From a virus (lineage: Duplodnaviria > Caudoviricetes), in the IMG/VR virus record IMGVR_UViG_3300043812_000026: a stretch of DNA of 64,000 nucleotides. One strand, 5' to 3'. Both the position numbers and the translations under genes were made by a program. The notes below the pieces were generated by a model. That model searched no databases, was not told the DNA's origin, and saw only the letters and a program-made list of their open reading frames with translations. Below, piece after piece: positions 58,079 through 64,000 of this stretch (the first letter of the stretch is position 1; each line of letters begins with the position of its first letter).

Positions 58079-61000
58079 TTACTTAATGCCTGCTGGCTTT
58101 TCTATCATATTGTCAACATTTTGTAGACGATTATGTTCATATCCTTTGCGCTTGGCTTTAATTTCCCAGCCAAACTTAATATTCGGTTGGTTAGACTTAA
58201 CAATAAACCGGTTATGCTCACGTTGAGCAACCCAAATATATCCTGGACCATAAGCAGTCAGGAATACTTGGTATGGGATTGAAGTATTAACAGTCTCGTT
58301 AAAAAGTTTTTCAATTCCGACATAGGCAACTCCATTAGAATTAGTTTGTCCTTCACCAATGTCGCCGAAATAATATTCAGCCGTCTCATAAGCATTAATA
58401 GCAACTGTACCTTGACTAGTCCTAACAATTGAATTTTTAGAACCATCAACTCCTAGCCATCCAGTAACATGGACGTTTTTAGCAGTTAATCCATGATTAT
58501 TTCTTATATTAACTTCGCCATCAATATCAAAGTTATTAGTATTAAATGCAATACGGTTATTGTTACCAGCTGTAGTTACCCTTAATTCATTCCCATTATC
58601 ACCATCTCCGGCGTAGAATCCCACCTTATTATCTTTTTGGATGACAAATCTAGCACCTTTACCATATTCCACGTCAGGGTCTAATTGTGCTTGAATGTAG
58701 CTATTTGTAATTCCCAATTGTGTTCTGGATACCACACTAAAATTTCTGCTATGAGTAATTCGGTTACTATTCTCGGAATCTAAAGAAGCTGAGCCAATTA
58801 TTACTTCACGAGAGTCTAATATTCCTAATCCATGATGAATGTTCGTAGAGGCTCCTTCACCACTATATGTTGTTGTCACATCGATTGGTACGATTGAAGA
58901 ATAGTGATTACCATTGGCACCATGCAATTCAATAGTCCCATCTTTTAATTTTACCCAATCTTGTGTAGCGTCGTTAACTTCATATAAAGAATTAGAAGTC
59001 AGATTACTAATCGAATACACGTCAGCCCCTAAAACCGTTCCTTGATATATCGAACCATTATTAACGTGCATGCTATTAGCGTAAACATTACCATCTGGGT
59101 CAACGCGAAAAGTATTATTTCCGTTGTTAATAGTAATAGAACGTAATGTTCCGGCAGTAATGTTATTTGCATTCAGGTTGATGACACTCACATTAGCCGC
59201 ATTCAGTGTTCCAGTAGTGATAATATCAGCACTAAAATTCTTGAATTTAGTACTTTTTGCATCAACAGTACCGCCAGTAATTGTAATAGATTTAGCGGTT
59301 ACATTACCATCGGAATCAACATGGAATAACCCACCCATGTTAATATCTGAATCTTTACCACTTAATATTAGCTTAGTAGTATGAACCTCACCACTAAAGT
59401 AACCCTTATTAGTAGCAAAAGTACCATCATCTCTAATCATGGTAGTAGTTTCATCTTGACTATTAACAATTTTTAATCCACCATCTTTAATGGCAAGACC
59501 ATTAGAGCTAATAGCTACATTACCATTACTAGATAAAATAGATCCAGATACTTTCAATGAACCAGCTAGGTTAAGGCTTTGTCCAGTAAAGTTTACCCCC
59601 GAAATGTTACCAGCAGTAATATTACCTTTCATATTAAGATTACCACTAGTATCTACATGAAATACCTGTCCACTAGCATTATTAATAAGAAAGCCATCAT
59701 TAGAGTTCATAGCAACCGTTGTACTTCCTGCGGTAGCGGTTAGCCCCCTATCATTTAAGGTAACACCTCTATAGTCTCTAGTAGTCGTTGTGAGTTCAGA
59801 TTGTGATAAGCACCAAGGGGTAGCCACACTGCCTCGTTCAACTTTAAGGTGGTGGAATACTGCTTTCTTTCCTTCAGTATCACTCACACGACCAGAATAA
59901 ATGAGCAATGCGGTTTGCTTATTGGGATCTTTCATTGAATTTACTGTAATTGTTACTTGGGCGTTCCTACCTGCATTAACTTCATAATTATTAGCACGCA
60001 TTTCACCAATATCATCGCTATATAAAGTTGCACCCCATTTTGATAAATCACCTTTTCCTGTCATAGTCACATTTTCAACAGAAACAGTAATTTTATCTCC
60101 AACTTTCAAATCAGCATTAATTGGGATTGTATTAAAGCACCAACCTTGAGTACCAGTATTTGCTGTATCATCAACGACAATATCTTGACTAGTACCAGAA
60201 ACTAGATTATCATTGTACAAACTATTAGTAACACTGGGAGCCAACGAATGAATAGTTAATTGTTGCATTGTCCAATCACTAGCTGAGAATGCACCACTAT
60301 CACGTGCGGTTGTACAGAAATAAGTAGCCCCTGATTGTGTCCACGTATCACCCATAGCGTAAGGTGTGGTTGGTTGGGAAGTAAAGTTTCGTTTCTTAGT
60401 TGAGTCAAACATTGGTGCCCATGTGTAAGAAGAAGGGTTTCTACTACTGGTACTTGTATAATCTGTATAAGTTCCTAGATAACGATAGCTACTACTTATA
60501 TTTGGACTAGTTGTGAATCCGGTACTACCATCACTACTATTAGCATAAGCAACATGGAAATAACTTGTCTTACCATCTGCACCCTTAGCACCGGGAATAC
60601 CGTCATCACCCTTAATTTTAGTCCACTTGTAATCAGTAGGCGTACTTGATTCAGTTTGACTTCCTTTGTTATAAGCTATCCCTATATAGCTCATTCCAGT
60701 CGGAGAATCACTAATATTGCTACCACTACTATCAGTAGCATACTTGATCCATGTGTAGTAAGTTTTACCATCTTTACCATTAGTACCGGGTACCCCGTCT
60801 TTACCCGGATCCCCTTTAGGACCAGTGTCACCCATCTTAGCTACACTATATCCCGTTTCATTCGTGTTATCAGTATAACTCCAAATGGTTTTAGTCCATA
60901 GGTATTGTCCTGTTGGCACATTAGGTACTTGGCTATCCCAACCGCTTGTTGGGGCAGTTGTTCCTGATGTTCCAACTGCATAAGTAATTGTGGTGCTACT

Positions 61001-64000
61001 AATTCCAACCCCATCTTTACCAGCTACACCATCAGTACCATCATTACCATCTTTAGCAATATATGTTTTTTGATAGCCTGTTTCAGAAGTATCATCAGTA
61101 TAAGTCCAAACCGTCTTAGACCACAAGTATTGGCCTTTTACTAAATCGGGAACTTGGCTAGACCAGCGAGAAGGTTGAGTAGAATCAGATTCACTTAAAC
61201 CATAAGTAACTTCTGTCCTCTTTAATCCTACCCCATCTTTTCCAGCTACACCATCTTTACCATTAGCACCGGGGTCACCCTTTAATCTACTCCATGTGTA
61301 CTTTGTATGGTCAGAGGAATCTGATTCCGTAAAATCAGTATAAGTCCCAACATATAGAGCATTAGCAAAGTATTCTAGGTTAAAATCAGTATTGCCATCA
61401 CTACTATTAGCATAGGCAAAGTGTACATAACTTGTCTTACCGTCTACACCCGGCTTACCCGGTACCCCATCTTTACCATCTGTACCATCTGCACCCTTCA
61501 TTAATGACCAAGCATACTTAGTAGGATCAGAAGAATCTTCTTCATTAAAATCAACTAGCAAACCAATATAAGTAGCCCCGCTAAAGCTATCCACACTAAA
61601 ATTATTATTACCATCAGCACTAGTTGCATACGCAATATGAGTATATTGTTGTTTTGCACTAACACCGGGAACACCTTGAGGCCCTTGAGTTGGAATTGTT
61701 TTCCAAACCCCATTTTGATACTGTTTAAGGGTGGTATTGTCCATCCAAAAGTCCCCATCGATTGGGTTAGCTGGTGCGGATCCTATATAGTTATGTGAGC
61801 TAGTTGCGTCTAACAGAGGATCCCATGTATTAGTATTACGATTCCACTTGTACGCAGTATATACTACGGTATTGTTAGTTGTATCGGTACTAGTTTTATA
61901 CCAGATGTCGCCATCTTTATAATCTGTTCCAGCCGGCTGTGTAGAACTATAGTATGACCTTGGCAAAGTAGACACTGATTCTCGTACTTCTTTAATATCC
62001 TGCATACCGGGACTAATCCAAGATCCGCCATCATAAACCCTAATCTGATAAGTTCCGTCTGAATTCTCTTGGAACCATATATCATTAATATGTGGATTAG
62101 CAGGCTGTTCATAGCCTTGATAAACAGAATTCTTATTATCAGCGGTTTGCCCAATCTTACGATTTAATTGACTATTGGCAAGGTTTTGGAATTTATCAAT
62201 TGCATTATTACAATCAGATGTTAATTGCTCAACTGTATTATGGTCAAAGTTAGTAGTAGCAGTCATATCATTAAAGATAGGAGCTAAACCGTCAACCATT
62301 GCGTTATATTTATTCTGTAAATCTATTGCTACGGGATCATTACTTAAACCTACTTGCTTAGCGTAGTCTAAACTAGCCTCAGCACTAGACTTAATAGCCT
62401 TGACAATATTAGCTAAAATGGCTTTCTTACTTGGGGTATAAACATCGGGATTATCTGCGTCTAACCCGTCTAAGGTAACTCCAGAATCTTTACCATTCCC
62501 TTTAACAATAATATTACCTTCTACGATCGTCCCTAGTTTATCTGTAATATCCCCTAAATTATTGATAATCAATTTATCCGCTGTAAGAGTCTTAGCAGAG
62601 ATACTATCACCAGAAAGGTTACGAACCCTAATCTTACTAGCATCTAATAATTCCCCCTCCATATGATTAAAGGAAAGATGATCTACTTTTTCATCAGATA
62701 CAGCAAGATCTTCAATTTGAGCAGTTCCAACAGCCATATAAGCTAATTTACCACGAGTAACAGCAAGATCTTCAATCTGTGAACTACCGACAGCTTCATT
62801 AGCAATTTTAGCATTATCAATAGCCCCGTCTTCAATCATAGCAGACTTAATAATACCATTAGCAATATAGGTTTCGGTATTAATCGCTAAATACTTACCC
62901 GGAATGTAATGATCTCCTTGGGGAAAAGCAGAAGCATAGTAAATAATGTGACGCTTAATATCATCACCAATAGCCTTAGCGTTTTCTCCAGCTTTCTCAG
63001 CACTAATACCTGCTTGCTTGGCATCTTCACCAGCTTGTTTAGCTTTATCACCAGCGTCTTTAGCGTCCTTACCAGCTTGAGTAACCCGCTGATCAAAGTC
63101 CTGCCACTCTTTAGTAGTGGTTAAGTCCTTAGAGATAGCGTCTGCCAATTCTTTACTATGTTCTTTTATTGAGTCTGTAATATTTGCATTTAAAGGCTTG
63201 TCATTTAAGTAAACACCATCTGGCTTAACTGTAAGGCTAGTATTACCACCAGAAAATCCTTGGTCTACAGCCTGCATAAGAATAGACTGATCTTTACCAA
63301 TATTAAGCTCTACATATTTCTTAGCAACGTCAAAGTCTGGACTATAAACATCCTGTCCTTTGTCACCAGCTTTAATTGATGAAAGATCATTATAGTGCTT
63401 AAGAGTAAACCCGTCTTTACGAGAACCCTCTAATACAGAAACGTCACCCTCTGAGTCAGAACCCATAAGGACAATTTGAATTTCACCTTTAGGATTAACG
63501 TAGAAACGAGTACGATGACCATCGCCGTCACCATCTGGATTATCCTCATGAACTAATAACCAACTACCAGCTTCCTCTTTTAACGGATTAGTTGTTTCTC
63601 CATTATGATTAAAGAAACCAACAGACTCATAATCAGTCCAAAGCTGGTCATACTGATTAGCAGTTTCATCATCTAAAATTAAAAAAGAATGACCATTTAA
63701 TGCTTCTGCTATCGTACCAGAACCAGAACGATAGCTAGTCTGCATAGACGGATAAACCTTTTGCTCAGCTAAACCAGTCTCAGCAATTCCAGAATCATTA
63801 TCATCACCAGTTTCAAACATTGATGGTGAAATCAATTCATAATCTGGTGCAGAGTCAGGATAAACACCAATTACAATTGGATTAGAACGGTGACCATTGA
63901 TATAAGCGATTGCAATCAAGTCTCCAACTTTAACTGGACGATAATGACCAAAAACTTGACCATCTGGCTTACGCCCAAAGAAGTCAACAGGAATTGGAGC
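58079..64000 (-). CDS. Very large central tail spike/fibre (>1970 aa, start lies beyond the window)
   Basis: Frame open to 64000; gp5/OB-like GDLIAIAYING..NPIVIG; collagen GXY runs; repeated HIAYANSSDG and GQYLW.KT.W.YTD modules; C-terminal INAYETAEYYFGDIG domain. Confidence 0.85.
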   Translation of the reverse strand, partial: APIPVDFFGRKPDGQVFGHYRPVKVGDLIAIAYINGHRSNPIVIGVYPDSAPDYELISPSMFETGDDNDSGIAETGLAEQKVYPSMQTSYRSGSGTIAEALNGHSFLILDDETANQYDQLWTDYESVGFFNHNGETTNPLKEEAGSWLLVHEDNPDGDGDGHRTRFYVNPKGEIQIVLMGSDSEGDVSVLEGSRKDGFTLKHYNDLSSIKAGDKGQDVYSPDFDVAKKYVELNIGKDQSILMQAVDQGFSGGNTSLTVKPDGVYLNDKPLNANITDSIKEHSKELADAISKDLTTTKEWQDFDQRVTQAGKDAKDAGDKAKQAGEDAKQAGISAEKAGENAKAIGDDIKRHIIYYASAFPQGDHYIPGKYLAINTETYIANGIIKSAMIEDGAIDNAKIANEAVGSSQIEDLAVTRGKLAYMAVGTAQIEDLAVSDEKVDHLSFNHMEGELLDASKIRVRNLSGDSISAKTLTADKLIINNLGDITDKLGTIVEGNIIVKGNGKDSGVTLDGLDADNPDVYTPSKKAILANIVKAIKSSAEASLDYAKQVGLSNDPVAIDLQNKYNAMVDGLAPIFNDMTATTNFDHNTVEQLTSDCNNAIDKFQNLANSQLNRKIGQTADNKNSVYQGYEQPANPHINDIWFQENSDGTYQIRVYDGGSWISPGMQDIKEVRESVSTLPRSYYSSTQPAGTDYKDGDIWYKTSTDTTNNTVVYTAYKWNRNTNTWDPLLDATSSHNYIGSAPANPIDGDFWMDNTTLKQYQNGVWKTIPTQGPQGVPGVSAKQQYTHIAYATSADGNNNFSVDSFSGATYIGLLVDFNEEDSSDPTKYAWSLMKGADGTDGKDGVPGKPGVDGKTSYVHFAYANSSDGNTDFNLEYFANALYVGTYTDFTESDSSDHTKYTWSRLKGDPGANGKDGVAGKDGVGLKRTEVTYGLSESDSTQPSRWSSQVPDLVKGQYLWSKTVWTYTDDTSETGYQKTYIAKDGNDGTDGVAGKDGVGISSTTITYAVGTSGTTAPTSGWDSQVPNVPTGQYLWTKTIWSYTDNTNETGYSVAKMGDTGPKGDPGKDGVPGTNGKDGKTYYTWIKYATDSSGSNISDSPTGMSYIGIAYNKGSQTESSTPTDYKWTKIKGDDGIPGAKGADGKTSYFHVAYANSSDGSTGFTTSPNISSSYRYLGTYTDYTSTSSRNPSSYTWAPMFDSTKKRNFTSQPTTPYAMGDTWTQSGATYFCTTARDSGAFSASDWTMQQLTIHSLAPSVTNSLYNDNLVSGTSQDIVVDDTANTGTQGWCFNTIPINADLKVGDKITVSVENVTMTGKGDLSKWGATLYSDDIGEMRANNYEVNAGRNAQVTITVNSMKDPNKQTALLIYSGRVSDTEGKKAVFHHLKVERGSVATPWCLSQSELTTTTRDYRGVTLNDRGLTATAGSTTVAMNSNDGFLINNASGQVFHVDTSGNLNMKGNITAGNISGVNFTGQSLNLAGSLKVSGSILSSNGNVAISSNGLAIKDGGLKIVNSQDETTTMIRDDGTFATNKGYFSGEVHTTKLILSGKDSDINMGGLFHVDSDGNVTAKSITITGGTVDAKSTKFKNFSADIITTGTLNAANVSVINLNANNITAGTLRSITINNGNNTFRVDPDGNVYANSMHVNNGSIYQGTVLGADVYSISNLTSNSLYEVNDATQDWVKLKDGTIELHGANGNHYSSIVPIDVTTTYSGEGASTNIHHGLGILDSREVIIGSASLDSENSNRITHSRNFSVVSRTQLGITNSYIQAQLDPDVEYGKGARFVIQKDNKVGFYAGDGDNGNELRVTTAGNNNRIAFNTNNFDIDGEVNIRNNHGLTAKNVHVTGWLGVDGSKNSIVRTSQGTVAINAYETAEYYFGDIGEGQTNSNGVAYVGIEKLFNETVNTSIPYQVFLTAYGPGYIWVAQREHNRFIVKSNQPNIKFGWEIKAKRKGYEHNRLQNVDNMIEKPAGIK

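Noticed and set aside
6609-63124. Antisense and alternate-frame ORFs in the track (e.g. 6609-6803, 9137-9433, 19812-20087, 31516-31875, 31972-32277, 46659-46922, 50971-51267, 61864-62154)
   Set aside because: They overlap well-supported genes, lack RBSs and have shadow-ORF composition
58079-63919. Diversity-generating retroelement or invertible tail-fibre system
   Set aside because: No reverse transcriptase or invertase seen, and no template/variable repeat pair with adenine-specific mismatches; internal repeats are ordinary domain duplications
1-64000. tRNA/rRNA genes, integrase or prophage attachment sites
   Set aside because: No cloverleaf/T-loop signatures or recombinase motifs seen by eye; gene content is that of a lytic myovirus. 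A tRNAscan run would be the definitive check

Overview
AT-rich segment of a large lytic myovirus of the SPO1/Twort/phage-K type (Herelleviridae-like). The host is probably a lactobacillus (inference). Layout: (i) 1-6.9 kb, + strand accessory genes including thymidine kinase, an HTH protein and small membrane proteins; (ii) ~7.1-15.3 kb, a probable long-terminal-repeat/host-takeover region where nearly every small gene sits behind its own copy of a near-identical strong sigmaA promoter plus RBS, interleaved with five copies of a non-coding hairpin unit and an oppositely oriented promoter driving a candidate small RNA; (iii) 15.4-44 kb, - strand replication, recombination and transcription genes (sigma factor, RecA, SSB, deoxynucleoside kinase, HU-like protein, resolvase, primase, SbcC, DnaB) with a free-standing zinc-repeat endonuclease and Ig-like tail accessory genes; (iv) 44-64 kb, holin, baseplate genes and a very large chimeric tail spike/fibre cut by the window end. 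Two distinct TnpB-only IS200/IS605 (IS1341-type) elements are present. Both have intact RuvC motifs and recognisable ends, and both lie 3' of TTTAT. One splits a reconstructable 68-aa membrane-protein gene; the other splits a probable late promoter. GCNGC and CCWGG appear strongly avoided: I found one Ala-Ala among the likely real ORFs, and Pro-Gly almost always uses CCC/CCG. Six genes are broken by eight single extra G/C bases, most likely sequencing errors. No tRNA, CRISPR array or integrase was seen.
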